A stretch of DNA of 64,000 nucleotides from Tubulanus polymorphus (taxonomy: Eukaryota > Animalia > Nemertea). The notes beneath the pieces are model-generated. The model saw nothing but the letters and a program-made list of their open reading frames with translations. It had not been told where the DNA came from and ran no database searches. Position 1 is the first letter of the stretch. Every line of letters starts with the position of its first letter. Positions 12,496 through 24,637 of the stretch are shown piece after piece. The stretch spans positions 3,557,950 through 3,621,949 of the forward strand of contig NC_134026.1 in assembly GCF_964204645.1 (NCBI RefSeq), given 5' to 3'. The position numbers and the translations under genes were made by a program.

Positions 12496-13638
12496 ATGAC
12501 ATTTCAAGCACCAAACGCGGGCCAAGGTATCCCGATAAAATCTATAGATGTTGAGATATTGTGTTTAATTAATCGATGTAATGCTTAATTACTTCACCAC
12601 CAGATGGCAGCACTTGACGGTGGCCTTACGAATTTACTGTGATCCGGGCCGGGCGCGTTTCTCGATAACTTATCATATATAAACTACTTACTGAAAATGT
12701 TATCATGAATAGATAAACGAGTCGAGATTGATTGAATGAAATTGAATAATTAAGCTCAAGTGTCTAAATTCTCCAACCGTCTTTTTTGCCATTTCAGGAC
12801 AGCAGAACAAACGAATTCTCGAAGAATTAGAAGAGCGTAAGAAACGTCTGCGTCTTCAAACGTCGCAGATGACTCACGGGTAAAATTTCAGTCCTATCAA
12901 AATGTGATTTTTGTACCCACAAATTTCTAGCTATTTCTCGCCATAGCTAGTTCGAGGGCTTTTTGAAGAAGTGATGTTTAGCACCAACAATAACAGTGAA
13001 AATGTTGTCCCAAATGCCAAAAATACGTATATTTACGAAAATACCCATGTCTACTTAAAAATTGTTCTAATTCCAGCAATTCTACTCAGCCAGTTAGCTC
13101 TCCTGGTAATATGTCTCCATCCCCGATGAATATGGTAGGTTTGATTAAAGCTTTCGCATTTAGTCATTAGAAATGCTTTCTTACGGGATGTTACATTTAT
13201 TCTATCATGACTATGCAAAAATGTGAATTAAGAAATCCGTGTCTAATTTCCTAGATGAATAACGAATCTCACCACATGGTTATCTCAGCTGGACAACATT
13301 TGATGACCCCTGCTCAACGAACTGCATTACAGGTATTAAAGCCTATGTTGAAATTTTAATAGAACAATTCGATTATTTGGAGTGATTTACAAATTTATAG
13401 TAGGCCTCATGATTTAGAGTAGAGAATTTGTCACAAGATTGTATTGTTTGTATACCTGTAACAGGAGGGAGCCAGGGAGAGGGAGCCAGGGGGGAGAAGG
13501 AGAGGGAGGAGTCAAGTATATCTCTCAGTTGTTTTCTTATTTCAGCATGCGCACGCAAATTCAGTAGGTTATTTCATTACTCAGGATTCATCGTTTGGAA
13601 ATCTAATATTACCGGTGCTGCCTCGTCTCGATAAATGA
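12496..13638 (+). CDS. INIP: SOSS complex subunit C (INTS3- and NABP-interacting protein), 5 exons; missed by the ORF track
   Basis: Exons at 12496-12526, 12798-12879, 13077-13134, 13255-13332 and 13546-13638 translate to MTFQAPNAGQGQQNKRILEELEERKKRL...QRTALQHAHANSVGYFITQDSSFGNLILPVLPRLDK*. The C-terminus matches the diagnostic SOSS-C motif ALQHAH...GYFITQDS.FGNLILPVLPR. Confidence 0.95.
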
Positions 13639-13974
13639 GTCGCCTATCAAACCTGCTAGTAGTGATAGAAAAACACGTGGAACTCGCATTTGATGCATTT
13701 ATGTTGAAGACTCACCGAGCTCATTGGATACTGAGTATTTATATTTGGATAAAAATGTCGTCACTTACTGTAAACTTACTATGATCCATTATGAATATGA
13801 TCTAGGATTCAGTTTCCTATTGTTGTTGTGCTTTTTAGATGTATTTAGTGAAAGCTCATTGCATTGATTTATTGCATATAATGAAAATAGTTACAAACAG
13901 ATTATCTGGTACAAACAGATTATCCGGTCCCCTGAAGTTCGTTGTAACAGGTTACACTGTATTTCACTCTCAAA

Positions 13975-14164
13975 TTAAGGTTAAAAAAATGGCCGGGTCA
14001 CTTTCATTACCGGTAAATGCAATAATATTTGTAATCAACTCTTTTCTATAACTGCCGGGTCTGTAATTGTTAGCTTGATCATGATTTAAAAAATGTAATG
14101 CACAGGATAGTTAGGCGACCGGGTCAACTTTTAAGCTCAGCGGAAACAAGTAACAAGGTATCAA
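13975..14164 (+). mobile_element. Dispersed non-autonomous repeat, copy A
   Basis: Shares the blocks ACTGCCGGGTCTGT, TGATCATGATTTAA, CCGGGTCAACTTTTAAGCTCAG and AACAAGGTATCAA with the reverse complement of 22291-22478. Confidence 0.75.
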
Positions 14165-14171
14165 TTTTTTC

Positions 14172-14236
14172 TAGAAAACTTGTGTTAGCTTCCAGTCTTC
14201 AATATCTCAAGGCTGGAAGCTAACACAAGTTTTCTA
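14172..14236. repeat. Perfect 24-bp inverted repeat (65-nt hairpin)
   Basis: TAGAAAACTTGTGTTAGCTTCCAG (14172-14195) and its exact reverse complement at 14213-14236, with a 17-nt spacer. Confidence 0.95.
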
Positions 14237-14293
14237 CTGACTGAAACTGATCAATGCTTAGCTACTCCTAATCGACTGTGTTTACAGGTCTTA

Positions 14294-14400
14294 CAGTCGA
14301 ACCTGCTTAATCCGGATTAGTTTGATTTTGACAGGATTATGATTATCTTTCATTCAGATTTCTCATAAACCAAATGCTCCGAATTAAGTGGGTTCTACTG
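14294..14400. mobile_element. Tc1/mariner-pogo-like MITE
   Basis: Imperfect 23-bp TIRs CAGTCGAACCTGCTTAATCCGGA / TCCGAATTAAGTGGGTTCTACTG, with TA on the left and CA on the right (a degenerate TA target-site duplication). Confidence 0.65.
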
Positions 14401-15651
14401 CATTAATCATATTATCGGAGACATGTTTCATTTTATCAGTCAGTTTGCAGGTTATAGGCAACAATAGTGATTAATGCTTTAACCTTAAGCTAAAGTAACC
14501 AAGACGCGAGAGGGTCAGAGTTGTCAGAAATATTGTGATTTTTCCTGTAACCGGTAGTCTCCGACCGTAGTTTATGTTGATTTGAATCTGATGTGAAATC
14601 GTAACCCTCAACTATAGTTTATATAGTATGATGGAACTGACGCCGTCTATGAAATCGACCCAACGGTCGTATGTTCTTTGATTCTACTTAAATGAACTTT
14701 GTTATTATTTGATATCAATTTGTTATCGCAAACGATGTGTTAATGATTCGATATTTTTCGATGTCACGTACTCGCTTATGGAATTGGGAGACGAAAAATC
14801 TATACTTTTATTATTGTTTATCATAATATCGTGAATCGTTGCGACAAAAGTGACGAAATTCAATATTTAGAGCCTTGTATCAATTGTTCGACTATGAATT
14901 AATTTTTTCTGTGATATCCACCTCCGAGAAGAGTATCGCTATTGTATGGAGACATTTGTGGTTTTTCGCGTTGAATGTAACGATGTTTAGTGTCACTTGA
15001 TATCTTGTATTGAAATCTGTGTAAAAGGCTTAAAATGTTCACGATTCATGCCGCCAAAGCCTAGATTTTTTTTATATCGTACTGTATTCAAATAAATGTT
15101 TTGTACTTTTTATAACAAAATAATTTGTGTTGCTTTCGTTTCTTGGGAGACGGTAGCGATCGATATGTAATATTGTACCGCCCACACGACGCATGGGGAA
15201 AACGGAAACAGGAAATGCAGAACGTGAAACACGGAAACAAACATGTTTCTTGTCGCTTGTTCGTTGACTGGTAAACTGATATAAACCACAGTATCACCAG
15301 TTTATTAGAAAAAACCCACTTTTAATGACTGTCTAAATCTATCAGTTTTGTAGTTCATCTTACGTGTATCTGAGCGATTGTATCTCAGTTCCTGTCCCTA
15401 ACACCTTCCTCAGTAACAACTATATTTCTAAATTACTGTATACATATTATGTTATTTTCTTTTCTCTGATGATGGAGTTTATATAAACTCCGAAACTGCC
15501 AGATTAGAATAAATTGATGAGTCACCAACTGTGGGTTTTGCTGATTAGTTTGTTTCCGCGTTTTCCTGTGTCTGGGGGTTATCTGGTGGCTCGTTGAGGT
15601 AAAAAGTAAACGGCAATGGCGTCGATATTTTTCTTCACCCGCGGTCCTCGT

Positions 15652-16638
15652 TCATTTATTTACCCTTTGCTCGACGACGAGTTGTGGTGATTTGACTGAA
15701 TTCGCGCAGCCAAATTTTGCGCAAAAATGTGCGCGAATTTCTCGTCCTAGTAAAAGATATATGTAGAAATTGATAACGTAGTTGCCGACTTGGAACTGAG
15801 TGAATACATCATACAGGTAGTCCTTCTGTTCTGCGGAGATTGGTAAGAATACCGTAATGGAGGTTGGGAGCGTGAATATGGCGAATGCGAGTGAAACTGT
15901 TACAAGCATTATTGTCGTGCGTTTTGATTTAGCAGATTTCTTATCGGACGAAACCAATTTCATACCCCTGAATAACTGGACTATTATGATAAAATTGGAC
16001 GTAACTATCATTGTTAAAGGCAGAAAGAAAACATAAGCGATGAATGTATAAAAAAGCGTCATTTGGTCATGTATCGAAAAGTAGCAGCCGAAAAATTGGT
16101 CGGGGAAATGCATCATAACAGTTGGTAGTAGGTATATGATCAACGAGTTGATTCCAGTAATTGTAAATGTAACAAATCTTGCGAACCTAGCTGTACAGAT
16201 CAAACGAGAAGTGAACGGGAAGAGCACAACACCTGCGCGTTCAAGAGATACAGCTACTATCAACCAAGAACTATTGGAGGAGGCAAGTGCCATTACATAT
16301 TCGTAGATTTGACAACTTAGGAGCGAATTCATCACGAAAAGAGGACTGCCGTTTACTTGCATAAGAACGAACTGCACAACAGGCATCAACGTTAGATTGA
16401 TACATTGCAACGAATCAGTGATAGACAAAACTATAAGATAGTTAGCATAAGATAAACTCCTGAATCTGCGACTTATCATTATCAAGAACGTAGCTGAATT
16501 CCCGAAGACGCCTAACAGGAACATGGTGGACAAAGAGGCCAATGACACCATACGGTAGTTACCGGATTTATTCACCACAGACATGAGAACTATGTAACTG
16601 TAGTAAGGTCGACCGAAATGCATTAAAGTTGAATTCAT
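15652..16638 (-). CDS. Intronless class A orphan GPCR, paralog of 9486-10424
   Basis: ATG at 16638 (MNSTLMHFGRPY...). Collinear with the 9486 GPCR along its whole length, e.g. [55 protein letters not shown]. Confidence 0.9.
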   Translation of the reverse strand: MNSTLMHFGRPYYSYIVLMSVVNKSGNYRMVSLASLSTMFLLGVFGNSATFLIMISRRFRSLSYANYLIVLSITDSLQCINLTLMPVVQFVLMQVNGSPLFVMNSLLSCQIYEYVMALASSNSSWLIVAVSLERAGVVLFPFTSRLICTARFARFVTFTITGINSLIIYLLPTVMMHFPDQFFGCYFSIHDQMTLFYTFIAYVFFLPLTMIVTSNFIIIVQLFRGMKLVSSDKKSAKSKRTTIMLVTVSLAFAIFTLPTSITVFLPISAEQKDYLYDVFTQFQVGNYVINFYIYLLLGREIRAHFCAKFGCANSVKSPQLVVEQRVNK

Positions 16639-17723
16639 GATTCGCAAGAATCTGAATCAAGACGTCTCTATACTAGATATGAGTAGGTATTCATAGCGTC
16701 GTCTGCTTATAATGATTGCTATTATTCATTTATTAGTTCGAGATGAATATCATGACTCACACGACTTAAATGTATTAAAAAATCAATTCTCTGATATTCA
16801 ACACAATACCCAGCAAAACTTGATTATTGTGTAAAATATCTGTTGCAACTTAAATTCAAATTGATTCGTGGGGGTAAATACAAAGGGATGGTTGTATGAA
16901 TTCGAATCTGAATAAAATCTATTCAAAAAAAGAATTCAACGTGATCAATTGATTTATCTCCGTTAAAAATCGCTGGAGCAGGTTTCGAGCTCTGAACCGT
17001 CTATCGTATATATTTGAGTTGTATTTCATCTTGCAGGTCGTTCTAGATAAGATTCTATCAAAGCGGAAAGACAAGTCTAAGATAGGATAATCCATGGTTA
17101 CACCAAAATGTGTCTTTGTAGTTGGGAATAAAATCTTGAATCGAAATCTATGTGACAAGGGTAAGGCGTACTGCATCTTTCTATACAGCTGCGCCATCAA
17201 GCGGTAATTCATGGAACATGATTACACAAAAATACGAATGTCCATATGTTCCATTGCACATGATGATATTCAATTTAGGATTGAAAATTCAGAGATTTCT
17301 AGTACCTTTGAAAGATAATCTTTATTGGGTTACGCGGTTACACGGTTTGATTATTTACGCACACGACAAAACCGAACGACAATCAGGACCGAGCGGGAGG
17401 GATTTCGGGGGTTCTAACGAAAAAGTTGGTTCCGCTCATCTTCAAAAGGAAACATCAAGCAGAAACGTTATTACAACACAATGCACGTAATCCAAATGTG
17501 TTCATTTACTAAGACCTTCGTTATATATGACGATTGAATGATGATGATAATAATAATAATACTATATTAACGGAAATCGTTCAGAGGCCGCATTTCTGAG
17601 CATCAAATGTTTAAGATTTTCTTTCAGCCAAATTAAAAACGAACCCACCCGTGCATTTCTAACGCTACGGGCTTGCGACAATTTCAATCTATTTGAAAAA
17701 ATATTTGATAAGCGCACGGATTC

Positions 17724-20700
17724 TTATATCATGTCCGCATTTCTCACACTAATAGTGGAGATTTCATGTCTGTTCTCATCCATCTTAGGCCAAACAGTTG
17801 AACGAGCTTTTCCGCGACTGTTCATCGTGGATCCCGCGGTGAAATAAGTCAAATCCGTACTATCGAGAACGAGCAGCGCATAAACTCTACTGATGAAAAT
17901 ACAGAGGATGATGACAACCGAGTTCAGAATCAATGATAGCGCTAACAACATTGACTTGTGGATTGCAGTCGATGCAGAGAAATACGTAGGTAAAAAAGCG
18001 ATCCATAAAAATAGGGTAGCGCAGACGGACAGAAAAATGTAACGTGACTCGTTAAAGTTCTCGGGTAGCATACGAGTCAGGTATCCGTAAATTGCGGATA
18101 CAAAAATTAACACGAGGTTGTAAGACAGAGGAATGACTAGAGCCTTGACAGGAAGGTCACATAAAAGCTCGACATATGGTCTTGTCTCCACCGGCATGTA
18201 GCGTTTCGGTGTGGGTGGCAGGTAGATCGCCGTCACTGTACTAATCAGGAGCTGAAAAATTATAAGTGAAAAATATATCAGATATGGAATATATACATGT
18301 AGTCCTACGAAACCTTTGAGGGAGGGGGCACTTTGTAATAACTGAATTAACGGAGCAAAGATTCTCCGTCAGAATATTTGAAAACAAAGTTCTGGAAGGC
18401 GTCACATCGATGTAGTAAAATGGGCGTTGATGTAGTCAGTTATTGATGAATATATATCATACACTAATGGATAACTATCTATCGACTTTTTAAACGGTAG
18501 ATGATAAACAAAAAGGGGTAATTATTCGCCGTCCGAGTAGGCCTATCTATAGCATATTAATTCTGCACAAGGACCCCCATAGATCCACTTCTTTAATCTA
18601 CCCCAAACAGTGCTGTTCAAATCAGCACTGAGATTCAGCATTCCTTTCTGGTGAATCTACCCAGGGGCCCAAATAATGCTTCGAAATTATTAGTTAAAGT
18701 TTAAGCTGTATGAATTCTTTTAAGAATTTCTTTTCTTGTCGAGTCCACGTGACATCAATTTTGCATCGTGAAACATGTAACGCACTTGGTCGCTTTAGCG
18801 ATTATACTTACCTGAACACCTATGAGTACGGAATTAATTGCGAATTGCGTCTGCGAACTTATGTATTTCATTTTCTTTATACCGTGTTGGCTGTTCGTAA
18901 ATATTCGATGGATTCGAACCAATTTCGTCAGCGTTGGACCGTAAATCATCGTATAACTTATGTTGTATGTGAACCTCCAGACGTAGCAGACGAGCCGACT
19001 GGGGCGGAGCAGAAAGAATACCGCTGTGACCAATGACATTAAGATACCCGTCATCGTCAGGAAACTCAATTCCAAACTGCTCGCTTTCATTAATCGATGA
19101 CGGCGAAAGCGAAAATAAATGAAGCCTACAAAGCAGAGGCTGATAAAAGTGACGAGATCGAGAAATTCTACGACAATTGCGATTTTATGCCAGAAATACA
19201 GAAAGGTCACTTCTATCTCTTCGCAGTGAGTGTAGTTTCCCGCAGTCGATGGCCATCTAAACGGTTGACAGGGTGAACATCCAGTTCTATTCGCAACGAT
19301 ATACATGTTGTGGGAGCATTGTGTACATGTCCAACATGATGTCTGTCCATCGGGAATCACTTTATATTCATCTAAACTACATTCCCGACTACAAGTTGAA
19401 ACGGGCATTAGTTGCGAAGCGTTTCCATCACCCCAAACTAATAATTGTTTGTCTACTGCCAATTTTCCGTCGAAGCCATCCCAGTTTCCGATTACTTTTA
19501 ACAGTTTACCGGGTTGCCACTGCTTTATCAAATATCGCCCTATACCGTTACCTTCGTCGTCAAAACGTATTCGTCCGGTAAGCCCTTTGAATGATAAAGG
19601 GCCCATTTGTTCAAGCATGTTGTCACCTTTTAAACATTCTCGAAGGGCGTTCAGTTCCATCCAAGTTTTCGGACACTTACGCGTTATCGTTTGGTTTACT
19701 ACTAAGGCGTATGTCATTAGGAGATCGTTTGACATGGCGTATATTGGAAACGGGACCCTTTTATAACCGGATGCGATACCTAATGCCGAATCTGTGAACT
19801 GCTGGCAGGTGCGATTTGTTTCGTTCGTCCAGCTACAGTCGAACGTATCGGCGACGTACCTATCTCGCCATGGGTTCGACAAATCTTTATACGTCATATT
19901 GCGGAAATAAGCGTAGAAGTCTTTTTCATACTCCATTTTGCGGTCTACACGTATTATAATTGAACCGTAAAGGAAGCTCGGATTTGGATACGGACTCGGG
20001 TCGTTGAACGACTGTCCGCTGTTTAACCAGATGAATCTATCATCGGCAGAGCTTCGATCGGTTAGCAGCGTTTCCACCGCTTGGAATACTTTTAATAGAT
20101 TACGCGATATGACGAAAGTTATGACAACCCTAGCGCGAGATTCTTTGATAAGTTTTCTTGCAATCGATTTGGCTTGATCAGATTCGAGTTGTGTATTCAC
20201 CATTCCGTTGTAAGCGATGGTAATCGAACGCTGTTTCGTCAAAGTTATCAGTGTCTTCATCGCGTAGATGCCATAACTGTCGTCGTTATACAACAACGAA
20301 ACGTAATTCCAGCCGAAATAGTCCAACACGTCCAGCATTACCCGGGCCTGGTCGTTATCGGACGGCACTAAACGAAAGAAGTACGGAAAGCGCATTTTGT
20401 CACTCAATTCTTGGGAAGTTGAACTCGAACTCAACAACATCAGTCGCTTCTGTTCTAGAATACGCGATTCAATCACCGTCAATTTCGACCTCAGGTCACC
20501 GATTGCACCGACCATAACTGTCGGTTCGTTCGACGGTTGAAGAGCGGCCATAGTTTGAGATACGGCCCGTTTTTCATTAGCACAAGTATCGTAGAGTCGC
20601 AATCCTATGGATAAATCGGCCAAAATCCCCGAATCGGCATTCAGCCTTTTCAGAGCGAAATCAAAAGCTTCCAACCACGGCACCGCCCAGTAGCGCTGGG

Positions 20701-20869
20701 TTTGAGCGCAACCAAATGGATCGTCACCTTTACGAGGCGAATTATGTACCATGTGAAATGCTAAAATAGTTAGATTCCCTGGTATGACGAACATATTGTC
20801 GTTACCGTTCACACAATTCGTGTAATTGTAAAAAACAAGAAATAAGAAATAACAGTCTATTAATTTCAT
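17724..20869 (-). CDS. Class C (mGluR/CaSR/T1R-like) orphan GPCR, copy 1; 2 exons
   Basis: Exon 1, 20869-18812: signal peptide, Venus flytrap (STSQELSDKMRFPYFFRLVPSD, FGWNYVS), cysteine-rich domain, TM1-4. Phase-0 intron (CAG|GTAAGT...TTTCAG). Exon 2, 18251-17724: TM4-7 (YNLVL, TRMLPENFNESRYI, WIAFLPTYF). Confidence 0.92.
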
Positions 20870-22290
20870 ACTGACCACTGTTCAGATTTCACAAACTCGA
20901 TAAAGTACCAAAGTTTCGCTTGACTACGAACGCAAACAAATTTCCGTTTCACGATAATCCAAGATTCTCTCGCGTTCAAGCACGTGTAGTGGTTTAAGGT
21001 TTCCGGATAATTTGAAGTAGCGATAGCGGCAGAACCTGGCACCAATTGATATAAGTATCTAACCTATCAAAATGCACGAACCTTTGGTCTCTAACGCAAC
21101 CAGTGACAGCAGAATCACGTCTGACTACAGTGAGACGCAACATTCACATTATATCATTACCGCGTCGTTAGCAAGTCTCTTTGATGATCTTTTTTACTTA
21201 GAAAAACCTTCTCGATACATTGTGTCTTTTTTGTGTATTCACTGCAAATTAACACTACCCGATGGTCTATCAAACGCCGCATTTTCTTTCGTTATCGGAG
21301 AACTATTATTAGGTGGCACGATAACATGACAAACAGTTCATTTATGTCACTGTCAGTGTAAGCTGTTACTATAAAAAAAAAGCGAATAGAGGAGGCTAAA
21401 ATATCATGTTGTCTAAATACGTGATTGGATATAGAAAAGAATACGACGCCATTCTATCATCTCATCATCGTTGACACAGATAGCGATGACGGATGCCTCC
21501 TGGATGGCAGTGTTTGTCGGTTGAAATTGTATTTTTGATTTCATCTAAAGAAGATTGGGAGTTTTTTGTTGTTGTTGAGGTAAAACTCGGCGACAGACAA
21601 TCCTTTGAGACTCAATGATTAATATTCGTAAATTGAATTGCTGCCGAGATATGAATATTAAAATCGATACTTGAAAAATTTCGTCATTTTTGTTGAAGAT
21701 CACGTGATAATGACTTTAATTACGTTTATCAACAACAGGAAGTAGGGAACATACAGGAAGTAGGGAACATGCTTTATATGTATACCGGTATTTTAAAATA
21801 AAATGCTTGATGAAATAAAAACAATAACTTTTGTTCACGTCCCACATTTCCACGGATCACCAAGTCCCCTTCCTTCCCTATCACTTTCAATCAAATCAAG
21901 AACGAGAATAAAGTGAAAAGTGAACAAAATACTGTCTGTCTGTCCGACATTTCAATCTATGAAAGAAGCCATTGGAAAACGTTGAAATGGTTGAGATTTA
22001 CTGACATATACCAAATAAACTGTGCTTCACAAAATACACGATATATAAAAACAAACTTGCCGCCATAACACTCATTAAGCATGTAAATGGCAGGAACTGA
22101 AAATGCAAGGTTTCACTTCGGAGAAATCGTTAGAAGGTCTATTTTGCGCGCTACTAATTGGTCAAGTTACTCCTCCAGTGGGTTTATAAACTGTTCAAAG
22201 GCTCAATGTCTACGGCCATTTAACAGCAAACGAACACATTGGATGAGTAATTCTACAATTTGGCCACCCTCCAATTTAGGCTAAATTAGA

Positions 22291-22478
22291 TTGATACCTT
22301 GTTTCTCATTTCTACTGAGCTTAAAAGTTGACCCGGCCCCTTATTTCCCCTATATATTAAATCATGATCAGGTTAACCATAACAGACCCGGCAGTAAGAG
22401 AAATGAAGAGAAATGAACTGATAAAAACTAATTTTTCCGATTTACAAAATGACAAGGTATCACTTACTTTTAGCCTTA
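22291..22478 (-). mobile_element. Dispersed non-autonomous repeat, copy B (inverted relative to copy A)
   Basis: Its reverse complement aligns with 13975-14164, including a 22-nt identical core CCGGGTCAACTTTTAAGCTCAG. Confidence 0.75.
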
Positions 22479-24637
22479 TAATCAACGTATACTGACCTAA
22501 CCGAGACGAACTAATGCACTTGAAATAAACCCATCGCTCTAGAGCCGATGACGGATCACCTTAAACGTCTCAGCCAATTATGAAAATTAGATTTCAAGTC
22601 TGCCAAGGTTTTAGGTAATCAGTGGGGATCAGTTCTTTTAAGTCTTTCGAGAGTCAGTTAACTGTCGACGGAATATACCGGAAATATACTCCATCTCCGT
22701 CGTTCGTGTTTTGATCGAATGCGTCGTCCTTTTGATGACGAACATGAATGCGTGTTCGGGAGGAGGTGAACTACGCGCGCAGAAAAAGAATACCAGACAC
22801 GCGTTTCCTCATTTTGCAATTCAATTATGTTTGAGATATCTTTTAATTTGCTGAAAATATTATTTTTGTTCATTTTTTAAGATATTTACATTTTGAGACA
22901 TTTTCTTTTTTGATTGTTCGTACTACGTTGTATCTTTTACGTTCCTCTGAGCGTCGAGGAAACAAAAAGTAGCGTGGTAGGTATGATATCTAGGGAAAAT
23001 TCCAAAGGTAGAAATATATTTAATTAATCGAAAAAAAAGATTATCAATACTGGAAGTGAAAATGCTAGAAAGGAAGGTGCAGTTTTACGTATATTCGGCA
23101 AAAGATGTTTATGAGAAAGAAAATTAGACTAATCTATAGATCTGTTTTTTTTTGCTACTTAATACATGAAATATCTACATTTTGATGAATTTTCTTAACG
23201 AGTGCATTCGTTATTTCTCATATCAATTCCAGTTTTAGGATCTTTTCAAAAAGCTTAACACACTTTTGAATAAAAAGACCGTGAGCGTATTAGTTTAAAA
23301 AATCCATTTGCAAAGGTTATTGATTTGCTTATGTTTTTTTTTGGTAACGTTTATACTATGAACGTCTCATCAAAGCACATTTTCAGTCAGGCAACGGTAA
23401 AAGAATAAAACACGTGAAACTAAAACCACATCTGTCGTTTCTCATCGATTTATAGAACGTCATTGAATTGAGAAGTTGTGCACCAATCCCTGCATATCGT
23501 TATCAAATTTGAATACGCAAGCTCTACGACGAATATGAATTATTCTGTTTCTGCACACATGACCTTTAGCGAGACATGGCATTTGCAATTTAAATGTCGT
23601 TTTGGGTGTGAACGAGCTTTTAAAATATGTTGTTGTTGTTGTTATTAATCTTTGTTTTCCACAAAACAAACGCCCTGAGCAATCGTCGTTTGAGTGTCTG
23701 TTCATGACCCCGAAGTTTAGCGTTCAGCCTTCTTGCAATTTCTCCCATAAGTTATCCCACGGCTAGATGTGCAGAGTATATGATACAAATATACATACGC
23801 ATAAATTTGATCGTGTTAGGAAATCGATTTCGATCCTACGATCGCCATATTTTTCACACGATCTATTGATATAAAACCCTAATTATGAATAAAGATACAG
23901 TCAACAGACTAGAGGGGATTTTCCACTATAAGTTGAATTCGATTCGGATCTTCGTAAAACGTCGATATCAGCGTGGATATGCAAAGCAAAGCAAAGCTAC
24001 AGTTGTATTCTTCGCTGAAAAAGGTATTTCGATCGCTCATTAATCTATCCTAGATAAATTGTGAGGTTTCTCCGCGTTCGAGGGATAACTTAACTACAAT
24101 TTAACGAACTGATGAAAATAGATTATTCAGCAATAAGCTCCCAACCAATACGATGAAAATACCATCGTTGTATTTATTCGGTATCCGCATCATAATTTAT
24201 ACCATTATCTCTCAGTCGTCTACGCAGGAGCTGTGGATCGAACGCGTGTCGTCTATCAAAGGCGCACTTTTTCTTTGTTGTCGATTTGCTTTTCAACGGC
24301 AAAAAGGGGCGAAAACCCTTTGCCCTGTCACAAGAACACTCACAAGCCATTTGGGGCCACTAAGAGAAGTCGAAATGGCTACTTTGATGTTTGAAAACGC
24401 GTGATTCTCGACGAAAAATAGTCAAGGTCTTGTTCTAGAATTACAAGAAAATATGATACAACGTGAATTTCGATTATGATTTCTAGTAATTCAAATAGCT
24501 TGTGGCAAAATTATTATTTCATCAATCAAAAGTAATTTATTTTTTGTAGGTATTTCAGAGATATGCTTCACAGAAAATCATTGGTGGACGCTTGGTGAAA
24601 TAGTCTATTCGATATATTTTTTTGATGGAGGAAAGTT

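Noticed and set aside
21735-21770. 18-bp direct duplication ACAGGAAGTAGGGAACAT
   Set aside because: Simple local slippage with no associated structure.
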